A stretch of 64,000 nt of DNA from Octopus vulgaris (lineage: Eukaryota), in contig OX597826.1 in the NCBI GenBank assembly GCA_951406725.2, forward strand, positions 80,228,001 to 80,292,000, written 5' to 3'. Shown here in pieces: positions 1 through 13,028 of this stretch. The notes below the pieces were generated by a model. That model saw nothing but the letters and a program-made list of their open reading frames with translations. It had not been told where the DNA came from and did no database searches. The position numbers and the translations under genes were made by a program. Positions within the stretch are counted from its first letter, which is position 1. Each line of letters opens with the position of its first letter.

Positions 1-540
1 CTGAATTTAAATATTAATCGATTAAAAATGAATGAGGAATGGTTTTGTACTCGCTAATTTCTTTGATAAAGTCAAAATAGCTCACAAGAAATAAATCCTT
101 TGTAAGAACTTATGGATATATTATACCATGACTTTTATTTCGTTATATTTTGCATTTTTGAATTATGATTAATGGCCACTTTATCATTATTTTTATAGAT
201 AATGAAAACTTATTTGAATCTGATATATATATATATAAGTAGTTGAATGAATTATCTTATTATGGATAATTCGGTTGACCGATACCTGGGTAGCAAATTC
301 ACGTCAGAAAAACACGGTTGAAGCTACATGCCTAGGGCAGAGATCACGTGCTTTCGTGTGGAAATTTGTGTGTTTTTTTAAATACAAATAAATGAAAGAA
401 TGGAGTTGAACGACGAATTGACAAAATTCCTTTATTTTCGACATATGTTTCGAAGGCTGCATATTCTTAATTTCGAAGGAATAAGGGTGCATTATGCCGC
501 CTCCTCATCATCGTCATTCAACTCCATTCTTTCATTTATT

Positions 541-587
<47 letters not shown>

Positions 588-591
<4 letters not shown>

Positions 592-690
592 AGAGTTTAC
601 GAAAAAAACAAAAGACGAAGACAGGTGGTGTACAAAACAAGCAGATGTATTAGTATAACGCTCAGGAATAGAAAAAAGTATTTTACGTTA
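588..690 (-). mobile_element. Penelope-like pLTR-derived non-coding module, truncated inside the hammerhead motif
   Basis: Aligns by eye to 56560-56655 (GATGTATTAGTATAACGCTCAGGAA...TTTTACGTT). Flanked on both sides by (TA)n. Confidence 0.6.
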
Positions 691-711
691 TATATATATA
701 TATATATATAT

Positions 712-1013
712 TCACCGTGATTCACCGTGATCGACCAGGCTATCCGATGTTGCTATACATCGCTGGCCACAATGCGCTTCGCATTGTTTTAGCCTTCAAA
801 TGACGCCACCCCGCTGGCTAAGCGAACAGGCCAACAGAAGAAAGAGAGAAAGTTGTGGCGAAAGAGTACAGCAGGGATCGCCACCATCCCCTGCCGGAGC
901 CTCGTGGAGCTTTTTTAGGTGTTTTCGCTGAATAAACACTCACAACAAAACTGCGTTGGGAATCGAAACCGCGATCTGCGTTCGCTGCCCTAACCACTGG
1001 GCCATGGCGCCTT
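712..1013 (-). mobile_element. tRNA-derived SINE, body type C, tail type 1
   Basis: Minus strand has A-box TGGCCCAGTGGTTAGGGC and B-box GGTTTCGATTCC. The body (GCTCCACGAGGCTCCGGCAGGGG...) is shared with 24385-24682 and 50960-51333. The 3' end has a short tandem repeat of TCACGGTGAA. Confidence 0.85.
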
Positions 1014-1203
1014 CACTATATATAGTGTGTATATATCTGTGTAGTTGTGTTTGTGTTTGTCCCTCACCAACGTGCTTGTCAACCGATGAGGGTCAGCTTC
1101 TATCGCCGTAACTTTACGGCGTGGCAGTTGAACATCTAAGTGTGTGTAATACCTATATCTAAATATATTAATATGTGTGTGCGTACACACACACACACAC
1201 ATA

Positions 1204-1252
<49 letters not shown>

Positions 1253-1380
1253 TGCTATTTCTAGCATTTAAAGCTGCCTGTGAAGGGCCGCCTCTATTGT
1301 GGTTAAATGTACACTAATTTTTTATATATATATAAACATACATACATATATATATGTATATATATATGCATGCATGTATG

Positions 1381-1431
<51 letters not shown>

Positions 1432-2477
1432 TTATCATATAACCATACATAGAGCCGAAACGGATCGGCACAAAGATAATATTAAAATACATCAAAGTAA
1501 ACATACATCTGCTATATTTTTCTCAGAACATTGACCGTCGACCAAGCCTCAAGGAGAGATCATATTGAATAGATACTGATATGCGTGTGGCTCTGTGTGG
1601 GAGTGCTTGCGTGTGTGTGGGAGTGCTTGCGTGTGTGTGTGTACGTGCGATAAAGGAGGCGCTGGATTAGGAGAGATTGTAGATACAAGAGTAGATTGGA
1701 GAATAAAAATATCGGTCGAAAAACTGGTAGACTGATGGAGAAAGAACCGTTCCAGTAAAGTTAGAGGCTGTAAAGATCTAACTAAATTAGATGAAGATAA
1801 TTATCGTGAAGTGTATTTACCACCAAAATGTGACGGCGGGGGGGTGGCATAGGGGGCAATGTTATTGTTGTTTATATCCCCAGAAGGACATCTAAAACAG
1901 TAAGGGAAGAGGGTTGCTAGCACATCACCCTTTACCCACATTTTCCCCATCCACATCTTTACCATATGGGGCCCTAACAAAACCCGATAATAGCTATAGA
2001 TGCGAATCTATCTAATTACTCGTCTCCTTCTAAAATCAGGCTTAATTTGGCGATCGGTCGACTTACAACACCGTTCTTCGTCTTGCTTTTACTTGGTAGA
2101 GTGGTTTGTTAATTTGACAAGGTCAAGGTGAGCTCGGATTGGCTCTATGCAAATGAGTTCATTACTGGGTTCCGAAACTTAAGTGGGAAAACATTTCGCA
2201 CACGGGACGCCGGTCCGTCGCAGATGATACATTATGATATGTAAAGGCCGAGGATTTGAGAAATGCGTCTCTATAAATGAGACTAATCACAAAAAGATCG
2301 AATCGCTTCAGTTCACATTGAGGTTGTTGAGAATAAATCTAAGCTGCGGATTAACCCTTTAACATTCATATTACTCAAATGCAAAGCTGGTTTATTCAGT
2401 TTTCAATTAATCATGTATTAATTTGTAGCTTTGAAATTTCGATGATGTGCTTGTTTATTAGCAATGTAGGCATATGG

Positions 2478-2493
2478 AATGAAAGAACCCTGT

Positions 2494-2575
<82 letters not shown>

Positions 2576-2895
2576 TGTGTCTCTGTTTGTCCCCCCACAT
2601 CGCTTGACAACCGATGCTGGTGTGTTTACGTCCCAGTACCTTAGCGTTTCGGCAAAAAAGAACGATAGAATAATTTCTAGAGGGTGGTGAGCTGGCAGAA
2701 ACGTTAGAACGTCGGGCGAAAAGCTCAGCGGTATTTTGTCTGCCGTTGCGTTCTGAGTTCAAATTCCGCCGAGGTCGGCTTAGCCCTTCATCTTTTCGGG
2801 ATCGATTAAATAAATACCAGTTACGCATCGGGGTCGATATAATCGACTTAATCCGTTTGTATGTCCTTGTTTGTCCCCTCTATGTTTAGCCCTTT
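2478..2895 (+). mobile_element. Composite: CORE-SINE 3' half with internal (TA)/(TG) array joined to a Nin/Deu-domain SINE
   Basis: Tail TTTGTCCCCCCACATCGCTTGACAACCGATGCTGG, then head GGTGGTGAGCTGGCAGAAACGTTAG, B-box GAGTTCAAATTCC and domain CCCTTCATCTTTTCGGGATCGATTAAA. Confidence 0.85.
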
Positions 2896-3429
2896 GTTTT
2901 CGGAGGCGAGAATGGGTTAGATGGGGTGTTGAAAGGGCAACAACCCCAGAAATATGGCATTTACACTCATTGCCCACTTTTGTCTTCGATCTCATCTTGT
3001 TGTTTACATCTGATGTCTCGATACGAAACGTTGTAGTAAAAGAATTGGTGCTGGCTTTCAGTTCTATAGAATATTGGTAGAAACAACCTTAAGAAAATAG
3101 TAATTGGTTATGTTTTGAATGACATTGTCACGTAGGAGTTTGAGGCCAGATCTGGTCAGTCTGAGTATAAAACTGGTTGAACATTTTGGGGCAGATCTGG
3201 CCGCCATTTTAAATGCTAATGAATTAAGGGAAAGTAAATTCGTTACATGGTTCCTGTCAGTTACATTGCACAGGATAATTCGATGACGAAAATGTTCAAA
3301 GGCAACGATCTGAACTCTACACTTATATACGTAGTGTTGAAGGAGTGTCTACTTTATGCATTTGTTAAGCTAATAAATTATTACATGGCTCTAAGTATAT
3401 AAGGAGTGGCACGTGCAATTTCTTGTAAG

Positions 3430-3790
3430 TCAGATTGGAACTGGCTTTGCTCGGAGAATGGCAAGGGAAATGAACTGGAATAGCCACTCTGACTCACGGT
3501 GCTGACACTTGCGGACATCCGTCTCCATCCTGATAGCGATGAGCAGGGATATGGTCCGGGTTGCCAAGAAAGCCGGGTGTCTCACCTACCAAAAGCTCGA
3601 CCATAAACTTGATGGAGAGCGACCGATACCCTGACAGCTTTTTTTCTCTCAGCCTGACAAGCAGCGGAACCTGGGCTGGTAGTTGATCAGACCAAGTTGC
3701 TGCCGCTGGGGAGCGTGTCACAAAAGGTACCATTCCATAACTAAAGCAGCAGTTGGCCACGCTGCCATATTTAACGATACTTCAGCGTAA
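3430..3790 (-). pseudogene. Decayed 3' fragment of a CRE-like non-LTR retrotransposon (restriction-like endonuclease C-terminus)
   Basis: Frameshifted minus-strand translation gives WNGTFCDTL...PGSAACQAERKKLSGYRSLSIKFMVELLVGETPG...RESEWLFQFISLAILR. This resembles the WDAT.DTL...K..KY..L...P..VET.G...QR.S.AI.RGN pattern of CRE-clade RLE domains. Confidence 0.7.
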
Positions 3791-3834
3791 AACGAAACTG
3801 CGTGAAGGGAACTCAAGTAATACAGGCTGATTTT

Positions 3835-4040
3835 TTCCTTTTATCTGTTACTTGTTTCAGTCAATGGACTGCGGCCATGCTGGAGCACCACCTTAGAGGA
3901 CTTAGTCGAAAAAATTAACTCCAGGTCTAGTACTTATTCTAGCAGTCTCCTTTGCCATACCGCTAGGTTACGGCGACGGAAGCTGACCCACATCGGTTGA
4001 CAAGCGCGTTGGTGACGGACTAACACAAACACAACTACAC
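3835..4040 (-). mobile_element. CORE-SINE 3' tail, decayed
   Basis: TTACTTGTTTCAGTCAATGGACTGCGGCCATGCTGGAGCACC is the reverse complement of the tail at 11670-11720. Confidence 0.75.
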
Positions 4041-4070
4041 AGATATACACACACACACACACACACACAT

Positions 4071-4159
<89 letters not shown>

Positions 4160-4572
4160 TATAATCATATATATAATCACACACATACATGCATACTTAC
4201 ATAGTCAACAACAATACGGGATGGTGGTGATGGGACCATCAAACTTCTCTGCTTGACAAATATTTCATCTTAGGTTTTGTCGAGTAGCTGTCTGGCTATG
4301 TTGAATTCCTACTGTTGTGTTCTCTGTGTGAACATTGAGTGGAGTTAGACAAGGTTCATCCGAACGGGAACACAAACATGAAGCTTCTAAGGGATCGCTT
4401 GATCCTCTTTAATTTGCAAACATATCTTCACTAGATTTAAAAACGGAAACCCTTATTAGAAGAAACTTATAGCCTAATTCTTTGTTTTTATACAATGTAC
4501 ATATTAAAAGTCTATGTGGCAAATCCTATCTTTCTCTGTCTGTCTGTCTGTCTCCGTCTCTTTCTCTGTCTC

Positions 4573-4603
<31 letters not shown>

Positions 4604-5799
4604 TTCTCTCTACCATTTATCAGAATTATAAATCATAAGTTTATTCAACCATTCAGCACCGAAAGCCGTCGCGCAATGTATTCAATTACGGTATATGTAT
4701 TGTTATGATAGATTTAAATGTAAGCAAAGCCACAGAAAGCGACGAAACAAACACACGAAAGTCTATAAATGTATAAGGAGATGCATCAACGGTCTTTTAT
4801 TGTTTCCATTCTTGAATTGTTGATAAATGGTTTATACGTTATTCAAGAAATCTAATTATATCTGCCACAAATATTTTATCAGAGGCCGACAAAATAAGTA
4901 CATAATCAGATCGAACCCAATCGTCTGCAGTCACGCATCTTCAAACATTTGTAATTAGTGCTGAACCGACGGCTGTCAGTTTTCTGCATCCGAACACTTG
5001 GTCTTTAAATTTGCTTCAGCCACGTTCTTGACAAAAGAAAGCCTATGTCAATTCACTTTAGACTTGCCATTCATCTCGTTTTTATTTCTCTGCTCGTCTA
5101 GCTTGCATTTAGACCGTAATTAATACGTAACATTAAAAAAAAAATGGCTGATAAATAAAGACAACATGGTGGTTCATTTCAAACAACTTACATCAATCAA
5201 AGTTATCAAAATGTTTAAGATTTGGCTTTTTTCTTATTCGTTTTATCTTTTGAAATAAATGTTTAAGCAATTTTCACATTTTTCGTTTTGTTTGTTTTGT
5301 TTGTAATTTAGAATATTTTGCTTCGTTTCTGCTTCAAAGACGTGTGAAATATCGCTTTCTTAGCATGGTCATTCATAAATCATCGGAACATATGTGGTAA
5401 ACATTACGCCATCGCTTGCTTATTATCACGAACGTATTTACGGCTCTTATCTGTTTTCAAAAAAGATCAGGTTTCCTATTTAAGACTTACTTAGTTTATT
5501 TACTATGCGTATTTTATTATTTTTCTTTTGTTCTTTTTTTTCAGGCTTTTTCACAAAGTTTTTTTCGGAGTTTTTTCTTTATCTTAATAGAACATGGTAA
5601 CATACTGTTTTCTCCTCTAGTACCAAGAGTGTTAAGGTATGTATACATCATACATATATACATGCTAATAAATACATATATGCATATTTGTGATATATAT
5701 ATATATATACAGAGAGAGAGAGAGACAGAGAGACAGAGCGAGGCCCAGAGAACGCGGGAAAAAGAGTTAGATTGGGAGAGAGTCAGACAGACAGAACTA

Positions 5800-7057
5800 T
5801 TAAATTGTTCCGAAAATAATGGCCGCTCTAAGTGTTGTGTTTCGAAACGCAATTTTATAATAGTATTTTAATTATATTTTAGGTGAATTTCGACATACTT
5901 AATAATTGATGTATGCTCTTTAATAATTTTCTACTTATTTCAGACAGAAAACATTCTTGAAGCATAGGCTCCCTTAATTATGAACATGACAAAAAAGGAC
6001 CTTCGCTTACTTTTCTTGCATGCGTTCAAATGTGGTCACAATGCCTCCCAAATGCTGCCAATATCAACAGGGCATGGGGAGAAGGATCCACAAGTAATAT
6101 CACAGTACGAACGTGGTTTCAGAAATTCCGTAGCAGTAATGAGAACCTTGAAGATGAAGAATGTAGAGGACGGTCATGCAGTCTTGACAATGAACAATTA
6201 AAAGCAATTGTTGAACAAAACCCACGTCGAAATGTCAGAGAAATATCTCAGGCACTTGGAGTCGGTATTGCAACACTCTCACGCAATCTGCGGAAGATCG
6301 ATGAGGTGAAAAAGCTCAATAAATGGGTACCGCATGAGCTCGATGAAAATCAAAAATTTCGGCGTTTTAAAGTGTGCTCGATGCTCTTTCTGTGAAACAC
6401 CAATGGTCCTTTTCTTGACCGAATAGTCACTTGTGACGAAAAGTGGATCCTTTATGATAACTGTAAATGATCAGGTCAATGGCTTGATTGTGATGAGTCC
6501 CCCAAACATTTCCCAAAGCCAAAGTAAAAGATAATGGTGACTGTCTGGTGGTCTGTAATTGGTGTTGTCCATTACAACTTTCTGGAAGCCAATCACAGCA
6601 TTACAGCAGAGGTTTACTGCAATCAACTCGCTGAAATGCATGCTCATTTACCAAAAAAAATGCGACTTGCATAGGTGAATCGGCGTGACCCAATTCTGCT
6701 CCACGATAATGCAAAGCCACATATTGCAAGAATGACGCTGCAGAAACTCACAGACTTGGGATATGAAACTTTACCACATCCCCCATATTCTCCTGATATT
6801 TCATCCACTGACTACCATTTTTTAAGCATTTAAACACATTTTTAAGTGATAAAACGTTCCAAACCAAAAGTGGAATCAGCTTTCAAAGATTTCTTAGCAT
6901 CAAAGCCAATAAGTTTTTAACGAGACATAAATAATCTCGTTGATCGATGCCAGAGATGTTCACGGTTCGTACTTTGATTAATCAAAACATTTTTAATGTT
7001 AATTTTTCCAGAATAAAATTGTTTCTGAAATCGGCCAATATTTTCGCAACAATCCAA
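5800..7057 (+). mobile_element. Full-length decayed mariner DNA transposon (Hsmar1/cecropia-like)
   Basis: Imperfect TIRs: TTAAATTGTTCCGAAAATAATGGCCG on the left versus reverse complement TTGGATTGTTGCGAAAATATTGGCCG on the right. TA dinucleotides at 5798-5799 and 7058-7059. Length about 1.26 kb. Confidence 0.93.
5980..6980 (+). pseudogene. Mariner transposase pseudogene (DD34D type)
   Basis: Motifs WVPHEL, VTCDEKW, LLHDNAKPH and HPPYSPDISSTDYHF, with a frameshift near 6052 and several in-frame stops. Confidence 0.93.
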
Positions 7058-7572
7058 TACTTCACCTCTCACAGTCTCCTTCCTAGAGGTGCTGACTTTT
7101 CTTTTCATCGCTTCCAATGATGATGAAAATAAAGAAATTATCAACATTGCTCTTTGATCTTTGTTTTTTTTTTATTTTTATTTTTCTTTTTACTTATCTT
7201 GCACGTATTCTTTTTTCTTTACAACGCTTCGTCATTAAGTAACCTTTAAACGCATACTGGCTATTCTATAATGCGGAGAATTCGCCTGAAACATACTAAT
7301 GACGTATATATATATCTCTGATAACACAATTAAGAGAGAGCTGCTCTGTACAGTTGATATATTTATTACTGCTATGTAACGAAATAGCTTTTAAAGAGTT
7401 GCTAAATCATTTGTTCCAGGTGTAAAGAAATACACTCCTACGGCAGATTTTGTAAATTTGCCTATAGTGGGGGAGGCAAACCGAAATCATTAAGAAGTGT
7501 TGTTTTTGTTGTTTTTGTTGTTTTTATTGTTGTTGTTATATTGTTCTTATCGTTTAGTCAAAAACAATCTAA

Positions 7573-7790
7573 AGTGGCGAACTGGTAGAATCGTTAGCAT
7601 GCCGGAAAAAACTACTTAGCGGCATTTCATCCGTCTTTACGTTCTGAGTTCAAATGCCACCGAGGTTGACTTTGCCTTTCGTTCTTCCGGGGTCGATAAA
7701 ACAAATACCAGTTGAGTACTGCGGGTTGACGTAAATGACTCTCCCCACTCGCCCAACATTGCTGGCCTTGTGTCTATGCTAGATGGGAAT
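7573..7790 (+). mobile_element. Nin/Deu-domain tRNA-derived SINE
   Basis: GTGGCGAACTGGTAGAATCGTTAGC head, GAGTTCAAAT B-box, GCCTTTCGTTCTTCCGGGGTCGATAAAA domain. Confidence 0.8.
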
Positions 7791-8683
7791 AAGTCAAAAG
7801 TCTATCTCGGTTGAGCAGATATGATAAAATGTGTCCCAATTTTCATCTTACGGTCGTATTAGGATTATCCAGGATTAAGCTTTTCAACGTGTCCAGTATT
7901 TTTCTTTTCTTTTTGGAAAACATTTTTAAAACATGAAATTTGGTTGTTATTTCTAGCAGGGCGCTCTATTGCGTACCTGCTTTTTTGTTAAACTGTATGA
8001 TGCAGTAATAGGTTCTTTATTTCAATGCTTCTGCTGCTGTTGTTATTGTTGTTGAAGTTAATCTTATCCTCTCAAACCAAGTTGCGAATGATCAAACATA
8101 ATGATATTCTATGAAATATTTTAAAGCTACCTACAATCTCTCATTCTCACATTCTCTCATTCTCTCATTCTCTCATTTGCTTCAGTTTTCAGACATAATA
8201 TGTGGAAGACTACTTTATCAAGAACTTCTTAAAGACTGTCGAATGTGCTTTGAGAAAGACTTGGCTGTTATTTCTACTCGGTTGAGCAACTGTATAGAGA
8301 TTCCGTCTTTGGTTCATACTGATGTTGTCACTGCTGCCGTGCTATTTATCTTCATAGCAGATCCAGTGAACTCTCACCCATCAAACCTATGTAACGAATC
8401 GATGACACCGTGAAATATCGATCCGACTTAACAATTTCGTTCTCATGCACTAGATGACGAGATGGTCATGGCTAGAGCAGTTTGGATCATTTTTATGCTC
8501 CATCAGGGGCGGATCTTTAATTAAACCACATCGACTTGCTTTCATATTCATTCCTCCATTCAGTTATAAGATTTCTGCTTTTCAATGGGTTTTTGGTAAG
8601 ATTTTTGCTGTTGTTGTAGATGTTGTTACTATAGTAACATTTCTTTATCGTTTACTGGCTTCACTCATTAGATTGAGACCATA

Positions 8684-8990
8684 CTAGAGCAAGACCTTGA
8701 ATTTTTTTGTCGAATGAATCGAGCACAGAATTTCTTTTTTTTTTTCGCCCTTTAAAATAGTACTTATTTCATCGGTCTTTTTCTCCAGACCATTAAGTTT
8801 TGGCAGCGTAAACAAACCAATACCGGTTGTCGAACGGTGGCGGAGGACAAACACACACACACACAGAAGTCTTAGGTCAGCCCAAAAATACAGTAGAAGA
8901 CTTTTGCCCAATGTAGCACGCAGTAAGACTGAACCCGGAACCATGTGGTTGTGAAACAAGCCTCTTGACACGCAGCCACGCTTGTACCTA
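8684..8990 (-). mobile_element. CORE-domain SINE, decayed and internally deleted
   Basis: Reverse complement of CCACATGGTTCCGGGTTCAGTC...TTGGGCAAAAGTCTTCTACT plus tail motifs. Confidence 0.7.
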
Positions 8991-10133
8991 TATATACATA
9001 TATTCCACGCGTTTGTGAATGACGTAACATATTATCAATTTAAATTTTCAATCTTTGATAGACAGCACATGCTTACAAATGATGTAATCCACTGTGATTC
9101 ATTTATATTAAACACCAACCTCTATCAAATCAAAGAACAGGTTTCTCGGCTACGAAACGCAATCTGCTTTACTTTGAATCTTCTAAAACTAAACTTAAAA
9201 GCAACGAGAATATTCTGCGTATGTGCGGCGATTGATGTTTGTCAAAACGTTTCAACGAAGTAATATAATTTCTGACGTTTTGAATCAAAATATTAACTAA
9301 CTTGACAAATGATGATTGCCAGATGTTGTGCTGCGGTGAAAGAATGGTTAGCGCTACAGGAAACGGTAAATATTTCTAGCTCGCTGTTGCCTGTTGCATC
9401 ATTACTCAAAGCATAATATCAAGCTTATTGTATGGCTTACCTATGTCAGGTAAAGGAAATTACTTACAAGGAGAGGAAATGACTAAACTGGGTTCCCTTG
9501 AAGTAAATTGGGTTACAAATAAGATATCTGATAAATTCATAGAAACGTTTGTCAAAATGTCATTGAGGTAAGAGCCAGATGTACTTTACAGGGAGTAAAG
9601 ATTTACGTGTTGATAAAAATGCAGAAATGGCAATTTGTAGAATGCAAGAAGTCTCTGACAAGTTTGTGAATTCCTATGGACTTTGGTATTTACCACATTA
9701 AAGACCTCACACACCATGTCTTCCATTCTCCATTGATATTCTCTTCTAAACTTCATTATCTTCATGTTTTCAGCTGCTCTCTGCTATTACAATTCTTGTT
9801 CCTTTTTACATATTAACATTGCCGAAACGATGGTCAGCAGACTGACTATTTGACTTGTAATGTTTTCCTCGCTATCTGGTCGTTACCTGGACGTAAATAT
9901 GGGTGTATGTTGAAGCAACTGTTAAACAAACATTTCGCATTCACGTAACTCCGGGTTCAATCTCTTTGTGCAGCATTCAACGCATGCCTTCTAACTTAAA
10001 ATCAAGACTATCAAAGTCATAGGAGCGAAATTTGGTAAACGAAGTCTATTGGGTTCTGTACCTGTACTGATCGGTCGGTTTAATAACCCTACCAGTCCCT
10101 GAAATGGTTTTAAGAGACTCTACCCTGTTGAAT

Positions 10134-10778
<645 letters not shown>

Positions 10779-11174
10779 GCATTGCTAAAAGGTCACCAGA
10801 ATCATTCACTCCGGTGTCACTACCACGAATAATATAGTTATGATGTTTTTTTGTCTTCCAGTACGTCTATGTCGTGATGTAGAATATTCTTTTTCGTCAT
10901 TTGTTGTTTGTTTTGCGCTCTCGTGTTCATTATTAATTATTTTTTCCTCTCATAAGCAACTAATATATGCATGTAAACATATAAGAGATACAAAAGGAAT
11001 TTTGTATTATTATTTTTTTTTTTTCAGAACACTGAGCTAACATCAAAATCCTGCAAAGATTCTCTGCCTGAGAATATATTTAAAAAGAAATTACCATTCC
11101 AAGCAGTCCTGGTAAAACCCAATGCTTTGAAGAACGATTTGAAAACACATCTGAGCAGGACAACGATCAGTAAT

Positions 11175-11234
<60 letters not shown>

Positions 11235-11360
11235 GATGATGATGATGATCATAATAATAATAATATGGAGCTGATGATAACTCGTCATAACTCAACAAGT
11301 AGAAACAATTGGTTTGGAAGTGCTGTTAAGGTATTTCTCCTTTCATACACATATATGTAA

Positions 11361-11727
11361 GGCGCAGGAGTGGCTGTGTGGTAAGTAGCTTGCTAACCAA
11401 CCACACGGTTGCGGGTTCAGTCCCACTACGTGGCATCTTGGGCAAGTGTCTTCTGCTATAGCCCCGGGCCGACCAATGCCTTGTGAGTGGATTTGGTAGA
11501 CGGAAACTGAAAGAAGCCTGTCGTATATATGTATATATATGTATATGTGTGTGTGTTTGTGTGTCTGTGTTTGTCCCCCTAGCATTGCTTGACAACCGAT
11601 GCTGGTGTGTTTACGTCCCCGTCACTTAGCGGTTCGGCAAAAAGAGACCGATAGAATAAGTACTAAAAGGTGGTGCTCCAGCATGGCCGCAGTCAAATGA
11701 CTGAAACAAGTAAAAGAGTAAAAGAGT
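11361..11727 (+). mobile_element. CORE-domain SINE with internal (TA)/(TG) microsatellite
   Basis: GGCGCAGGAGTGGCTGTGTGGTAAG head, GGGTTCAGTCCC B-box, CTTGGGCAAGT core, tail ending GACTGAAACAAGTAAAAGAGTAAAAGAG. Confidence 0.9.
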
Positions 11728-11859
11728 ATATATATGTGTGTATATATGCATAGTTAGGTAGATAAATGTATTTACATACAAATATTATATGTATATATAT
11801 ATATATATATGTATACGTGAATACATAAATATATACATGCACATTCACGTATTCACAAT

Positions 11860-11894
<35 letters not shown>

Positions 11895-12161
11895 ACAGAC
11901 ATATAAAGCTTGGTTTCTGTTGTTCCGTTCTATCACTTTCACCGGATGTTTGCTTTGCTGCATTTCCTCGACATTCGACTCGCAATTGCCTTTTAGTGCG
12001 ATGCCATTAAAGAATACGAGACCCTATTTGCGTAGTTTTATTGTTTCACTTGGCTTTTCTGCGTATTTTGTCGTTCGAGTATTTTCATTGCTCGTTTCTT
12101 AAGCAAATCACGTTTGAATCAGAGTAACTTGTAGTAAACGTGGGAACGTAGTGGAGTGTGT

Positions 12162-12204
<43 letters not shown>

Positions 12205-12599
12205 TGTGTGTGAGTAGGTTAGCGCTTGTATTTGATGGTGTGTGCGTGAATTTGCCTTTCATCCTTTCAGGGTCGATAAATTAAGTACAAGTTGCGTACT
12301 GGGGCCGATTCAATCGACATGACCCCCTCCTTCAAAATTTCGGGCCTTGTGTGTAGAGTAGAAAAGATTTGATGGTGTGTGCGTGTTTTCTTTTTTTTTT
12401 ACGTGGATGTGCTTTTTAGCTGTAATGATGGTGAGACGTTCGATTCACAAGCACGTAGTTTCGAATTTGATGCCATAGGTTCAATCCCACTGCGTGGAAA
12501 CGAGCAGACTTTTTCTAATATAGCTTCGGGTCGACCAAAGGTTTGTGAGTGTATTTGGTAGACGAAAACTGAAAATAACCCGTCGAATGTACGATTAAA

Positions 12600-12684
<85 letters not shown>

Positions 12685-12687
12685 AAA

Positions 12688-13028
12688 CGTGCTTATAAAC
12701 TTTACATCTGGATGGACTCATATTAAACTCTGTTGGACTTTTGGATTTTACTCAAAGGATATTGGAATATTACACATATATACCATTATGCCTATAAAAC
12801 GGATTTATGAACTCAATAGCCATACACATCTTGCATCTATTTTCTTTCCTCCACCTCACTCTCTATTTGTATCACATCGAAACTAACTATGAGTTAATTT
12901 TTCCTCTCACACCGTCTCCGATGAAAGGATATTATTAATTAATATTTTAGAAACAGCTGTAAGACCTTCTATAAATGCTCTAATATCTATACAGCCTTGG
13001 TGATTTTATCTCATTACGCAAAAAATTC
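12688..13028 (+). mobile_element. Penelope-like pLTR module between (TA)n arrays
   Basis: Non-coding island bounded by (TA)n on both sides and containing the hammerhead-like motif at 12914-12965. Confidence 0.55.
12914..12965 (+). ncRNA. Type I hammerhead-ribozyme-like motif (U4C core variant)
   Basis: GTCT-CCGATGA-A-AGGATATTA(TTAAT)TAATATTTT-A-GAAA-CAGCTGTA-AGAC. Stem I GTCT/AGAC, 9-bp stem II with G-U pairs, palindromic stem III ACAGCTGT, GUA site. Confidence 0.6.

Noticed and set aside
3005-3036. CTGATGT...GAAACGTT hammerhead-like string
   Set aside because: Core mismatch, no stem II, poor stem I; compatible with chance.
6030-6395. Possible SETMAR-like host gene
   Set aside because: It lies inside a TIR-bounded mariner with a frameshift and stops; no SET domain.
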